Source of the DNA: a bacterium
GTDB taxonomy: Bacteria; UBA10199; 2-02-FULL-50-16; JAJFLM01
Assembly (NCBI GenBank): GCA_965216315.1
Contig: CBDCFN010000015.1
Coordinates: forward strand, 320,001-384,000
Length of the DNA stretch: 64,000 nt
Direction: 5' to 3'
Shown: piece by piece, positions 32,068 through 40,503 of the stretch
Position numbering within the stretch: the first letter of the stretch is position 1
How the letters are laid out: the number at the start of each line of letters is the position of its first letter
Position numbers and translations under genes: made by a program
The notes under the pieces: model-generated
Told to the model about the DNA's origin: nothing
The model's database searches: none
The model's input: the letters and a program-made list of their open reading frames with translations, nothing else

Positions 32068-32163
32068 GACGTCTCAGCTGTAACATAAGCGCTTCACATT
32101 ATGAAGCGATTAATGCCCATAAACGCTTCATCACGACAACGAATTTATGCAAGGTTTAGTTAA

Positions 32164-32236
32164 CAACTATGCGAAATTTTAGTCGATAAGGCCTGTGCTT
32201 GCCGATTCTTTCACTTGTCGTGGGGACAAGCGGAGG
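32164..32236 (+). promoter_or_regulatory. Sigma28-like promoter (copy 5) plus hairpin-SD (copy 5)
   Basis: CAAC-N15-TCGATA (32164-32188); TCTTTCA-CTTGTC-GTGGG-GACAAG-CGGAGG. Confidence 0.75.
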
Positions 32237-32244
32237 AAATTTGC

Positions 32245-33192
32245 ATGTCTTTATTTACCAGTAGTGTTTCCCTGAATGCAATGGCGCTGGCCAGTGCGTC
32301 ATCGGCCGTTCCGCTGCTGGAGAGTCCTGCTATCGGATCTTTCCTCGATGCCTTTGCGGCCTCGCCCGCAACGGGCCAGCTGATCGTGCCGCGGGTCACC
32401 GCGGATCCGAGCCGCGCCAGCGGATTTCACGTTGAAGCGACACCGCTGACGGGGCGCAATGGGGCGCGCACGGTACGACTCATTCAAGAGCTGGCGGCAG
32501 GCTTGCCCGAGGCTGATTTTCCGTTCGGTCGGCCTGCGTTGTCACCCGCGAGTGGGGATTGGGAGCTGGCATATCGGAAGTTGGAAGGACGCTGCACGCT
32601 CTTCTTTCAAGCACCTGGTCGCCGCATCGATCTGTGCTATCGCCCGAACGAGCCCTTGGCACGCGCGGTCGTTGTCTACGGTGGTGAGACCGCCAATGTC
32701 CGGCAGACCGTGACGATTCAAGGGGCCAACTTCGCGGATATCGTTTTTAACAGCTATACCTTTGAAATTCGCTCTGTGCTGGTTGAAGGCCTGCGCACCT
32801 ATCTCGGTCTGCCGACCAATACTCCCCTCGAAGCCGTTGCGCATAGGCTTCCCGTGGCCCTCGATTTTACGGAACAAGTGGAACCGAGTGAGAATCCCCT
32901 GCATGAACCGGAGGAAGGGCTCCTGGAACTTGAGAGCCGCAGGGCGGGCCAAATTTTAACGCTGCGAGCCGGTCTCAATCCGGCGGACTTAATGTATTCA
33001 GACTATTCAGAAGAAGTCGGCCTTTGGCTCTACCCTGAAACGGAGACGGGTAAGCGCTTGACTCCCGCCCAACTCCAATTCTGGAACTGGGTCGCGTCCC
33101 AAGTCGAGCCCAGCGAAGAGGACGTTGCCGCCTACCGGGAACGCACCCGGGCGCGTTATCAAACGATTGCCGGCAATGGTGTCGATGCCTAA
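32245..33192 (+). CDS. Hypothetical protein with type-B leader and shared domain; paralog of 29978 gene
   Basis: MSLFTSSVSLNAMALASA...FLDAF...P..GQLIVP; ANVRQ, LVEGLRTYLGLPTNTPLE, QLQFWNWV. Confidence 0.8.
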   Translation: MSLFTSSVSLNAMALASASSAVPLLESPAIGSFLDAFAASPATGQLIVPRVTADPSRASGFHVEATPLTGRNGARTVRLIQELAAGLPEADFPFGRPALSPASGDWELAYRKLEGRCTLFFQAPGRRIDLCYRPNEPLARAVVVYGGETANVRQTVTIQGANFADIVFNSYTFEIRSVLVEGLRTYLGLPTNTPLEAVAHRLPVALDFTEQVEPSENPLHEPEEGLLELESRRAGQILTLRAGLNPADLMYSDYSEEVGLWLYPETETGKRLTPAQLQFWNWVASQVEPSEEDVAAYRERTRARYQTIAGNGVDA

Positions 33193-33214
33193 AAGCTGCC
33201 AATTCGGGGCCGCG

Positions 33215-33589
33215 TCAAAAGGGCATGACGACTTGGGCATCCGTCTTACGCAAATTCCGGTCCAGAGTTAGCAGGGGGACGTCTTCGACCTTGGACAGGG
33301 CATAGGCAAAACAGTCTCCCAGATTGATGGAAAAGCGGAGTCGGGCCTGGGCCGCGATCGCGGCCAGTTCATTGGTCGGTGCGACGAAGCGAATACCTGA
33401 CGTCATTAATTCGTCTTTGAGTTTGGGAAAAAGTTGAGGCTGGTGATCTTCCAACAGGATGAGGAGCTCCGTTAAATTGATCAGGCTCATTCGCAGTAGC
33501 CCTCGGTTTTCTTCCATGAGGTTTGTCACCCAGGGCCCTTGTTCCTCCTTGAAAAATACGGCCATCAGGGCTGAAGTATCAATCACCAT
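33215..33589 (-). CDS. vapC: VapC family PIN-domain toxin
   Basis: MVIDTSALMA, NLTE, INLGDCFAYAL, LLTLD. Confidence 0.92.
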   Translation of the reverse strand: MVIDTSALMAVFFKEEQGPWVTNLMEENRGLLRMSLINLTELLILLEDHQPQLFPKLKDELMTSGIRFVAPTNELAAIAAQARLRFSINLGDCFAYALSKVEDVPLLTLDRNLRKTDAQVVMPF

Positions 33590-33591
33590 GG

Positions 33592-33828
33592 TTAGGTCCA
33601 GAGATCATTATCATCGTTAAAGCGGGGCGTTTTGCTGCGTGGGGCGGCGTTGGCGAGCCCTAACCATTCATTAAAGTCACGCCCCTGTGCCGCCGCGAGG
33701 GCGTGTTCGGTGGCTTCGCGAACGGCCTTACGAATGGCCTCAGACTTTTGCCGAATGCCCGTGTGTTTCATATATTGGGCGAGATCCTTCGAAAATTCAG
33801 CGGTTACGTTGAGATTGAGCTGCGACAT
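33592..33828 (-). CDS. VapB-like ribbon-helix-helix antitoxin
   Basis: 78 aa directly upstream of vapC; QLNLNV strand followed by helices (KSEAIRKAVRE). Confidence 0.75.
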   Translation of the reverse strand: MSQLNLNVTAEFSKDLAQYMKHTGIRQKSEAIRKAVREATEHALAAAQGRDFNEWLGLANAAPRSKTPRFNDDNDLWT

Positions 33829-33966
33829 GCATATATGTATATCATCTGTACATCAAGCAGGTCAAGACATACCCGCATGGGCCGTTTTTGAGTAAGTCCT
33901 TATAATAATTAGATAAACCACATTAGGAGTGACTTGGCCGTCGCTTCGCGCCAAGCTGCGCTAGTG

Positions 33967-35178
33967 ATGAGCTATTTACGGCAGCAGCATTGGATTGCGA
34001 TTGTCTGGTTAAGCCTCTGTCTCGGCTGTACGCGCTGTGCCGCGCCACCATCGGGGGCCCAGAGGTTTCAATTTACTCCCGTCGGTTCACCGTTCCCCTC
34101 GACAGACCTCATCGACCTTGAATTTCTCCCCGGCCAGGAGGGGGCGGCGATCGTCTTGGGCAAGGGCGGGACGATCTATTTCATGACCGCCGCGTTTGCG
34201 CCGCTAAGCCAGACGGCCCAGGTCGCAGTTGCAGGGACGGGAGAGCAGGGATTGTTAAAGGTTGTCGCCGATCCCGCCTACGCACAGAATCACTTCATTT
34301 ATCTCTACCTGACCGCCCCGGGGGGCGGTCAGAATCAGGTCGATCGCTTCACGGTGCAGGTTGATAGCGGGGCCGGGAGCTTTGGACTGACAGATCGCCA
34401 GCGTATCATTGAGTTTCCCAAGTCCGATTCCCCCAGCCCGGGCAGCAACCATAACGGCGGTGGGCTCGCCTTTGACAGTGCGGGGCGTCTCTTGATCGGG
34501 GTCGGGGACGGGGGAGGGAGCGGTTCGGCGGACCCGGCGGCTGAGATTGGCCAAGACCCCTCGACGCGCCTGGGAAAGATTCTGCGCGTCAATCCCAATC
34601 GAACTCCCGGTGAGGGTGGTTTTACGCTCCCCAGTGAAGGCAACAGTGGTCCGGTCGATACCTTCCCGGAGATCTTTGCCTTAGGCCTACGCAATCCCTT
34701 TACCTTGGTGGCGCGGGAAGTAGCTGCTTTTATTGGGGATGTAGGGGCAAGCGGCTTTGAAGAGATCAACCTGGCGGATACGGCCGGGCTCAATTTTGGC
34801 TGGCCCTTCGCCGAGGGTCCCGCGGACAACCCCATGTACCAGGACCCGATTCACGGCTACGCCCACGGCGACACGCGCTTTAATGCGGAAGATCCCGAGG
34901 GGAGTGCGACGGCCGTGACCCCCAAGTCGATCATGCTCGGGACCTTCTATTCGGGGCCCCGCTATGACGAGGCGCTCGATAATCGCCTGATCTACGCGGA
35001 GTTCTACGCCGGCTGGGTCCGTGGTCTCGAGTTGGATTCCAATAATAAGGTCCTCAGTGATCGCCATCTGACTCATCTCGCGGGCATGACGGCACTGAAA
35101 CAAGGTCCGGATGGTTTTCTCTACGCCGTCTCGCTGTTTCAATCCGATCGCCTGCTCAAATTAGAATTGGTCGACTAA
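33967..35178 (+). CDS. PQQ-dependent sugar dehydrogenase (GSDH family beta-propeller)
   Basis: GEQGLL, NHNGGGLAF, GVGDGG, LGKILR, IFALGLRNPF, GDVG...EEIN...NFGWP; start uncertain (33934-33967). Confidence 0.88.
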   Translation: MSYLRQQHWIAIVWLSLCLGCTRCAAPPSGAQRFQFTPVGSPFPSTDLIDLEFLPGQEGAAIVLGKGGTIYFMTAAFAPLSQTAQVAVAGTGEQGLLKVVADPAYAQNHFIYLYLTAPGGGQNQVDRFTVQVDSGAGSFGLTDRQRIIEFPKSDSPSPGSNHNGGGLAFDSAGRLLIGVGDGGGSGSADPAAEIGQDPSTRLGKILRVNPNRTPGEGGFTLPSEGNSGPVDTFPEIFALGLRNPFTLVAREVAAFIGDVGASGFEEINLADTAGLNFGWPFAEGPADNPMYQDPIHGYAHGDTRFNAEDPEGSATAVTPKSIMLGTFYSGPRYDEALDNRLIYAEFYAGWVRGLELDSNNKVLSDRHLTHLAGMTALKQGPDGFLYAVSLFQSDRLLKLELVD

Positions 35179-35231
35179 AGTTCCCGTCGGTCTCTTGATC
35201 CGCGCCTGAGCAAGCGCTATACAGAGATGAC

Positions 35232-37121
35232 ATGCAAACACCGCACTATGACATCATCGTGATTGGCGGCGGGCACTCCGGCTGCGAGGCCGCCTTGGCG
35301 GCGGCCCGTATGGGGGCGTCGGTGGCGCTGATCACGTCCAACCATGAGAACATCGCGCAGATGTCCTGCAATCCCGCGATTGGTGGGGTCGGCAAGGGGC
35401 ATCTGGTCCGGGAGATCGATGCCTTGGGGGGCGAGATGGGGCGGGTCGCCGATGCGACGGGGATTCAGTTCCGGCGCTTGAATACCAAGAAGGGGCCGGC
35501 GGTCCAAGGGACGCGTTGTCAGTCGGATATGATCGCGTATAAACGCAAGATGCAGGAGGTACTTGAAGGCCAGGAAAACCTCGCGATTATTCCCACCATG
35601 GTCGATGAAATTTTGACGGCGGGGCAAGCTGACCTCGCCCCGGAGGCTTTTGTCACCGGAGTGGTGACCGAGCATGGGGAGAAGCTTTCTTGTGGTGCCC
35701 TGATCATTACGACGGGGACCTTTTTGAATGGTCGCATCCATATTGGCCACGACAACTGGTCGGCCGGACGGCGCGGGGACAGGGCGGCGACGCGGCTATC
35801 GCAGAGCCTGGCGGCATTTGGGCTCAAACTCGGGCGGCTTAAGACGGGAACCTGTCCGCGCCTTGACGCACGGACGATTGATTTTGACGCACTCATCGCC
35901 CAGCCGGGCGATACGCCCCGGCCGCATTTTTCTTTTGACGAGGTTCCCAATGAAATGGAGCAGGTTTCCTGTTATCTGACGCGGACGACCCCCGCAACCC
36001 ATGAGGTGATACGCCGCAACCTCAAGCGCTCCGCCCTCTTTGGCGGGAATATCGAGAGTCGGGGGCCGCGTTACTGCCCGTCGATCGAGGACAAGATCGT
36101 TAAATTTCCGGAAAAGGGACAGCACCAGATTTTCTTGGAGCCCGAGGGCTTGACCGTCGAAGAATGGTACCCCAATGGGCTCTCGACCTCGTTGCCGGAG
36201 GACGTCCAACGGGAGTTTTTGCGGACCATGCCGGGACTCAGTCGCGTCGCCATTGCCCGGCCGGGTTACGCGATTGAGTATGACTACGTCCCGCCGACCC
36301 AGTTGACGCCGAGCCTCGAAACGAAGGCCGTCCGGGGCCTGTTTTTGGCGGGCCAGATCAATGGAACGACCGGCTACGAGGAGGCCGCTGCGCAGGGGCT
36401 GATGGCGGGGATCAATGCCGTGCTCCAATTGCGGGACGCCGAGCCGTTCGTCTTGGATCGTTCCCAGGCCTACATCGGTTTGATGATCGACGACCTGGTC
36501 ACGCGTGGGGTCGAAGTGGCCGGTCACGATGAGCCCTATCGCATGTTTACGTCGCGTGCCGAGTATCGCTTGCTGCTGCGGGAAGACAATGCGGACCTGC
36601 GGCTCACGGAGTTGGGGCGACAGCTGGGACTGATTTCCGAGGCCCGCTATGCGCGTTTTCAGGCCAAGTGCGGGGAGATCGAACGCCTCAATGGACAGTT
36701 AGCGGCGCATTCCCTGCAGCCGACACGGGAAATTCAGGCCCAATTAGCGGAATTAGGGAGTTCTCCGATTGAAGGCAAATATGATTTGGCCACCCTCTTG
36801 CGTCGGCCGGAGCTATCTATTAAGAAGCTGATGAAAGTAGCGGGTTTGGACTGTCGATACAGTGATGACGTGGAGCAACAAGTGACGATTCAACACCGTT
36901 ATGCCGGGTATATTGCCCGGCAAGAGCTGGAAATTGAGCGTTTTAAAAAGCTCGAAGGCCGGCGGATCCCGGAGGCGTTTCAGTATGAAGGCCTCGCCGG
37001 GCTTCGCCCCGAGATTATTGAGAAACTAAAAAGGGTTCGACCCCGCACCCTCGGTCAGGCGTCGCGCATCAGTGGGATGACGCCTGGCGCGATGTCGGTC
37101 CTGTTAATACATTTGAGGTAA
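35232..37121 (+). CDS. mnmG: tRNA uridine 5-carboxymethylaminomethyl modification enzyme
   Basis: VIGGGHSGCEA, MSCNPAIGG, GPRYCPSIEDK, AGQINGTTGYEEAAAQG, PYRMFTSRAEYRL. Confidence 0.99.
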   Translation: MQTPHYDIIVIGGGHSGCEAALAAARMGASVALITSNHENIAQMSCNPAIGGVGKGHLVREIDALGGEMGRVADATGIQFRRLNTKKGPAVQGTRCQSDMIAYKRKMQEVLEGQENLAIIPTMVDEILTAGQADLAPEAFVTGVVTEHGEKLSCGALIITTGTFLNGRIHIGHDNWSAGRRGDRAATRLSQSLAAFGLKLGRLKTGTCPRLDARTIDFDALIAQPGDTPRPHFSFDEVPNEMEQVSCYLTRTTPATHEVIRRNLKRSALFGGNIESRGPRYCPSIEDKIVKFPEKGQHQIFLEPEGLTVEEWYPNGLSTSLPEDVQREFLRTMPGLSRVAIARPGYAIEYDYVPPTQLTPSLETKAVRGLFLAGQINGTTGYEEAAAQGLMAGINAVLQLRDAEPFVLDRSQAYIGLMIDDLVTRGVEVAGHDEPYRMFTSRAEYRLLLREDNADLRLTELGRQLGLISEARYARFQAKCGEIERLNGQLAAHSLQPTREIQAQLAELGSSPIEGKYDLATLLRRPELSIKKLMKVAGLDCRYSDDVEQQVTIQHRYAGYIARQELEIERFKKLEGRRIPEAFQYEGLAGLRPEIIEKLKRVRPRTLGQASRISGMTPGAMSVLLIHLR

Positions 37122-37126
37122 ACCGT

Positions 37127-37840
37127 ATGTCTTTCCCGGATGAACTGATCGATAAATTTAAGCAGGGGCTGGAGTCGATGGAGATTCAGGTAGAAGACTC
37201 CGTTGTTGAAAAGACGACGGCCTATCTGGACATGCTCCTGACCCGCACGAAAAAGGTTAATTTGACCGGCATCCGCGATCCGGAAGAAGCGATCGAGAAA
37301 CATCTGCTCGATTCGCTGGCACTACTCCCCATCATCGATCGACTCCCGATCACCAATGATACCAGTACAAACGGGCGGGGTGCCGCCGCGTCGGTTTCCA
37401 AAGGCGCGTTGATGGATATCGGAACGGGTGGGGGCGTGCCGGGGATTCCTATTAAATGTGCGCGGCCGGACATCCGCGTCTCGCTGGTCGAGGCGAAGGC
37501 AAAAAAGGTCCGTTTTCTTAAAGACGCGATTCAGAAGCTGGGCATTAAGGGGGTGCGGGCCTACCACCATTTTCTGGATCCGGAGTGTCCGGTCGATTTC
37601 TTGGGTCGTTATGACTGGATCGTCAGTCGGGCCAGTCTTTCCATCGTTGAGTTTGTGCGCTCGGCCATCCTGTACAAGAAAGAAGAAGGTTCCTTGCTCC
37701 TCATGAAGGGCCCCAACGTCGATGAAGAACTCGAGCAGGCCGCCGGCCAGATCCAACGCCTCGGTCTCAACATCGATCAAAGAATCGAGTTCGAGCTACC
37801 CTTCAGTGGCGCCGGCCGCTCGATCATTATCCTTCGATAA
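37127..37840 (+). CDS. rsmG: 16S rRNA m7G527 methyltransferase
   Basis: NLTGI, KHLLDSL, DIGTGGGVPGIP, VSRA, MKG; follows mnmG. Confidence 0.95.
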   Translation: MSFPDELIDKFKQGLESMEIQVEDSVVEKTTAYLDMLLTRTKKVNLTGIRDPEEAIEKHLLDSLALLPIIDRLPITNDTSTNGRGAAASVSKGALMDIGTGGGVPGIPIKCARPDIRVSLVEAKAKKVRFLKDAIQKLGIKGVRAYHHFLDPECPVDFLGRYDWIVSRASLSIVEFVRSAILYKKEEGSLLLMKGPNVDEELEQAAGQIQRLGLNIDQRIEFELPFSGAGRSIIILR

Positions 37841-37844
37841 AGGG

Positions 37845-37874
37845 CCTGCCCTCCGAAGCTTTAGCGAAGGAGGG
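37845..37874. repeat. Short REP-like imperfect palindrome
   Basis: CCCTCCGAAGCTTTAGCGAAGGAGGG just after the rsmG stop. Confidence 0.5.
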
Positions 37875-38027
37875 GGATAACTCCCACCAAATCGAGGTAA
37901 AAACTCCGCACTCACGGATATATATTCGACCAAGTTCGGTGGATCGCTCGATAGAGCCACCAAAAATAATTCAATAATTACAATAAGTTATATCGATTCG
38001 TCAGATTTTGATAGAAATTTAAGCAGT

Positions 38028-38043
38028 CGGCACGCGCCTTGCA
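38028..38043 (+). promoter_or_regulatory. Sigma54-type promoter
   Basis: CGGCACGCGCCTTGCA (GG-N10-GC), preceded by an AT-rich tract. Confidence 0.6.
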
Positions 38044-38053
38044 TTTACTTGAA

Positions 38054-38123
38054 GACAGATTCCCTCTCAAACCCCTAGACCCACTAAAGGCGTCTCCGTT
38101 CTCGCGGAGGCGCCTTTATTTTT
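38054..38123 (+). ncRNA. Putative ~70-nt small RNA
   Basis: Lies between the sigma54 motif and an intrinsic terminator; no ORF; CU-rich single-stranded 5' part. Confidence 0.45.
38085..38123 (+). terminator. Rho-independent terminator
   Basis: TAAAGGCGTCTCCG-TTCTCG-CGGAGGCGCCTTTA followed by TTTTT. Confidence 0.8.
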
Positions 38124-38135
38124 GTGGCGTTTCAA

Positions 38136-38954
38136 TCAGGCGCGTCCGACGGGCTTTTCACTAATGGCAAGCTGGTCAGGCTCTTTGATGAGATAGGCCT
38201 CCGGGATGGGGACATAACCATTCGCGAAACCATGTTCCTCTCCCATCTTGATGAGTTGGCTGGCATCTCGGTGCAAGAGCAGCGCGCCGACGATGCCAAA
38301 ACCAAGTTGGGCTGGGGTGTGATCGATCCAGACGCCTTGTTGTGAGTTGAGCCAGCGGACACTCATGTCGTGCCAAGTGGAGAGCCCCATGATCGTACCG
38401 AGACCGTAGCCAAAGTAGCAGCGCAGACTCTGGCTGTGGCGCATGTCGTCCTCGATGGACCACTGCAGCTTGTAATAAGGGCGGCAGGGAGCCAAGGGAT
38501 CTTGAGTCTCCATCTCGTGGGTGCTGAAGCGGTGCATAGTCGCCAGGTAGTGTTGTTCATGGCGTTGGCCGTGGTAGACGAGGCTCGCACTGCGGTACAT
38601 TAGCGAGAGGACGTCCCGCATAAAATCAGAACGGGCCGCTCGAATCCAAGTATTCAGCTGGGCCAGCATGTCGCCGAGCTGTAGATAGACTGTCGTCCCC
38701 TTTGGAGGGGTATTGAGCAAGAACACCTGAGAGCAGGGGTGATCGCCCCCCAAGGGACTCCGCACACACGGGTGCCAGGGGCTGCGGGCGATGAGAAGGC
38801 TCAGTTGGTCGCGCAGAGTTCGCGCCACGTCGAGGATGGCTCGATAATTATCGGGGAGATGGAGGGGGGAACGACCCCATGGGACCACGTTGATGGCCTG
38901 GGCGCCAGCGAGCACGGTCGTCGCCTGAAATGCCATTCCTCCTAACAACACCAT
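38136..38954 (-). CDS. Hypothetical protein with QATTVLA leader; paralog of 40504 gene
   Basis: MVLLGGMAFQATTVLAGA; YYKLQWS and GFG...L.L..D....GYV motifs shared with 40504 product. Confidence 0.72.
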   Translation of the reverse strand: MVLLGGMAFQATTVLAGAQAINVVPWGRSPLHLPDNYRAILDVARTLRDQLSLLIARSPWHPCVRSPLGGDHPCSQVFLLNTPPKGTTVYLQLGDMLAQLNTWIRAARSDFMRDVLSLMYRSASLVYHGQRHEQHYLATMHRFSTHEMETQDPLAPCRPYYKLQWSIEDDMRHSQSLRCYFGYGLGTIMGLSTWHDMSVRWLNSQQGVWIDHTPAQLGFGIVGALLLHRDASQLIKMGEEHGFANGYVPIPEAYLIKEPDQLAISEKPVGRA

Positions 38955-38963
38955 AGCGACGCT

Positions 38964-38988
38964 GATCGGATGAAAGCCCGAAAAGTTG
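38964..38988 (-). promoter_or_regulatory. Sigma28-like promoter, copy 6 (near-leaderless)
   Basis: Reverse strand CAAC-N15-CCGATC, 9 nt before ATG 38954. Confidence 0.7.
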
Positions 38989-39012
38989 TGGCCACGTTTT
39001 CAGTCGGCGGAA

Positions 39013-39028
39013 TGTTCCACGTGGAACA
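39013..39028. promoter_or_regulatory. parS centromere site
   Basis: Perfect TGTTCCACGTGGAACA palindrome. Confidence 0.95.
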
Positions 39029-39287
39029 TTCGTGGGTATACGCGCATTCATGTGCGCCGGGGCCTGGTTCTTCGCAGACCTTGGGCTGCGTCTCTAAAAG
39101 CAGACGTTCCCAAGGCAGCTCGAACCTGCCTTGCCGGTAGGCAGGCCACCCGGCGTCAAATCGATTCATTTTGGAGCGGGTGGCGCGAGGAGTCGTTTTA
39201 TTGTGACGCCCTCGGCACAAGAAAATGACTCCGTAGGCGACAGGACCCGCTAAGTTGAGAGTGAGGGAAGATGGGCCCCTATATGGA

Positions 39288-39312
39288 CAACTTTTCGCCC
39301 TTTAGGCCGAAA
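39288..39312 (+). promoter_or_regulatory. Sigma28-like promoter, copy 7 (near-leaderless)
   Basis: ACAACTTT-N11-GCCGAAAA, 10 nt before ATG 39323. Confidence 0.72.
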
Positions 39313-39322
39313 AGGGCCCGCC

Positions 39323-40405
39323 ATGAGCTATCAAGGTGCCATCCTCTCAACCAGTCGAACCGCGGCGATCATGAACAGTTTTGTCGCTATGCCCCTGAGT
39401 GGCTCTGTCGGGGTGCCCGCGGCCCTTGCCGGGGGGACAGGCTTGAATGGAGTGATGCTGACGGATCAAAACGCGGCCGCCCTGGTCCAGTCGGTCGACA
39501 GCATGACTGCCGAGTCACGCCACCTGGAGGCGCTCCATGATGCCTGGGCACTGCCTCAGAACACGGCTCTTCTCGGCACAACTAATGATTGGTCGATTAG
39601 CGCCTTTCCCGTCCGCGAGTTTCAGTCATTTGATGATATCGATATCGGAGAGAGCCCCGAAGGACTCATTCTGCACGGTCCCCATAACCGGCGTGTCCGA
39701 CTCAATCTACTTAAAGAAGGCCTGGAGGTGAGCCTGGGGCTCAACGGTTCGATCGGGAAGGCCATCCAGACGGTTTTTATTGATTCGGCTCATCGGGTCT
39801 GGACGAGCAGTTATCATCTGGATTTCATGGGGCAAGCGGTCCAAGGCCTCCGCCATTATCTGCAGATTGACGGCGATGCTCCCCTCGCGGCAGTTGCCGT
39901 CTCACTGGTCGAGCAGATCGTCGCCTCTCAACAATTCGCGGGTGTCTCACTCGGTGAAATGACTCCAGGCCCGGCTGAAAACCCGAGCTCGGTTGCGCTC
40001 AGTTCAGAGGCGTGCGTGATTACCAATGGGCGCAGGGAGCATCCCGAGCCGGCCATAGAAATTACGGGCGAGGAGGGCGCCAATGGCTTTTTGACCTTAA
40101 CGATGAGGTGGGATGTCCGGCGCCCGACAGCTAAATCCGAACAGCGCCTGGTACCGCTGTCTCCAGCCGGCTTTAAACTCTGGCGGGGCGCTTCCCTGTG
40201 GGCACTCCACGAGCCGACGCTACAGGAGCAGGTGCAAGCGATTGTGGGCGACCAGATACACAGCCAAGTTATCGAACAAGTGGACCGGGTCGCTCGAGAA
40301 ATGCACAGGAGCATGCACAAGGAGCTTGCAGTGGATATTCGGGAGATTGCCGAGCAAATTATCCAGCGTGCGCTGGCGCCCAATGTGGGCAAAACAGAAT
40401 CCTAA
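39323..40405 (+). CDS. Hypothetical protein with leader and shared 'LR.YL' domain
   Basis: S/T/A-rich N-terminus; AVQGLRHYLQIDGDAPLAAVA aligns with the 29978/32245 products. Confidence 0.75.
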   Translation: MSYQGAILSTSRTAAIMNSFVAMPLSGSVGVPAALAGGTGLNGVMLTDQNAAALVQSVDSMTAESRHLEALHDAWALPQNTALLGTTNDWSISAFPVREFQSFDDIDIGESPEGLILHGPHNRRVRLNLLKEGLEVSLGLNGSIGKAIQTVFIDSAHRVWTSSYHLDFMGQAVQGLRHYLQIDGDAPLAAVAVSLVEQIVASQQFAGVSLGEMTPGPAENPSSVALSSEACVITNGRREHPEPAIEITGEEGANGFLTLTMRWDVRRPTAKSEQRLVPLSPAGFKLWRGASLWALHEPTLQEQVQAIVGDQIHSQVIEQVDRVAREMHRSMHKELAVDIREIAEQIIQRALAPNVGKTES

Positions 40406-40427
40406 AATTTGCGTTCACATCGCATAA

Positions 40428-40443
40428 TGTTCCACGTGGAACA
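40428..40443. promoter_or_regulatory. parS centromere site
   Basis: Perfect TGTTCCACGTGGAACA. Confidence 0.95.
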
Positions 40444-40467
40444 TTGCGCCGACTGAAAACGTGGCCA

Positions 40468-40492
40468 CAACTTTTCGAGGCGTTGACCGATC
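40468..40492 (+). promoter_or_regulatory. Sigma28-like promoter, copy 8 (near-leaderless)
   Basis: CAAC-N15-CCGATC, 11 nt before ATG 40504. Confidence 0.7.
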
Positions 40493-40503
40493 AGGGCAGC
40501 GTC

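Noticed and set aside
16219..32245. Apparent shared N-terminal peptide MGT(R/G)GG on ORF-track starts 16219, 16725 and 29957
   Set aside because: It is the translated hairpin-SD motif. The same RTG is out of frame in the 32220 and 29808 copies, and strong SDs point to the downstream ATGs
13832..35231. Prophage, ICE or single integrated genomic island
   Set aside because: No integrase, transposase, phage or conjugation genes and no distal att copy seen; it looks like gradual accretion
40198..40503. 102-aa extension of the 41310-ending ORF, and the similar peptide in ORF 38848-39051
   Set aside because: These are translations of the duplicated parS/promoter DNA, and the extension overlaps the 39323 gene
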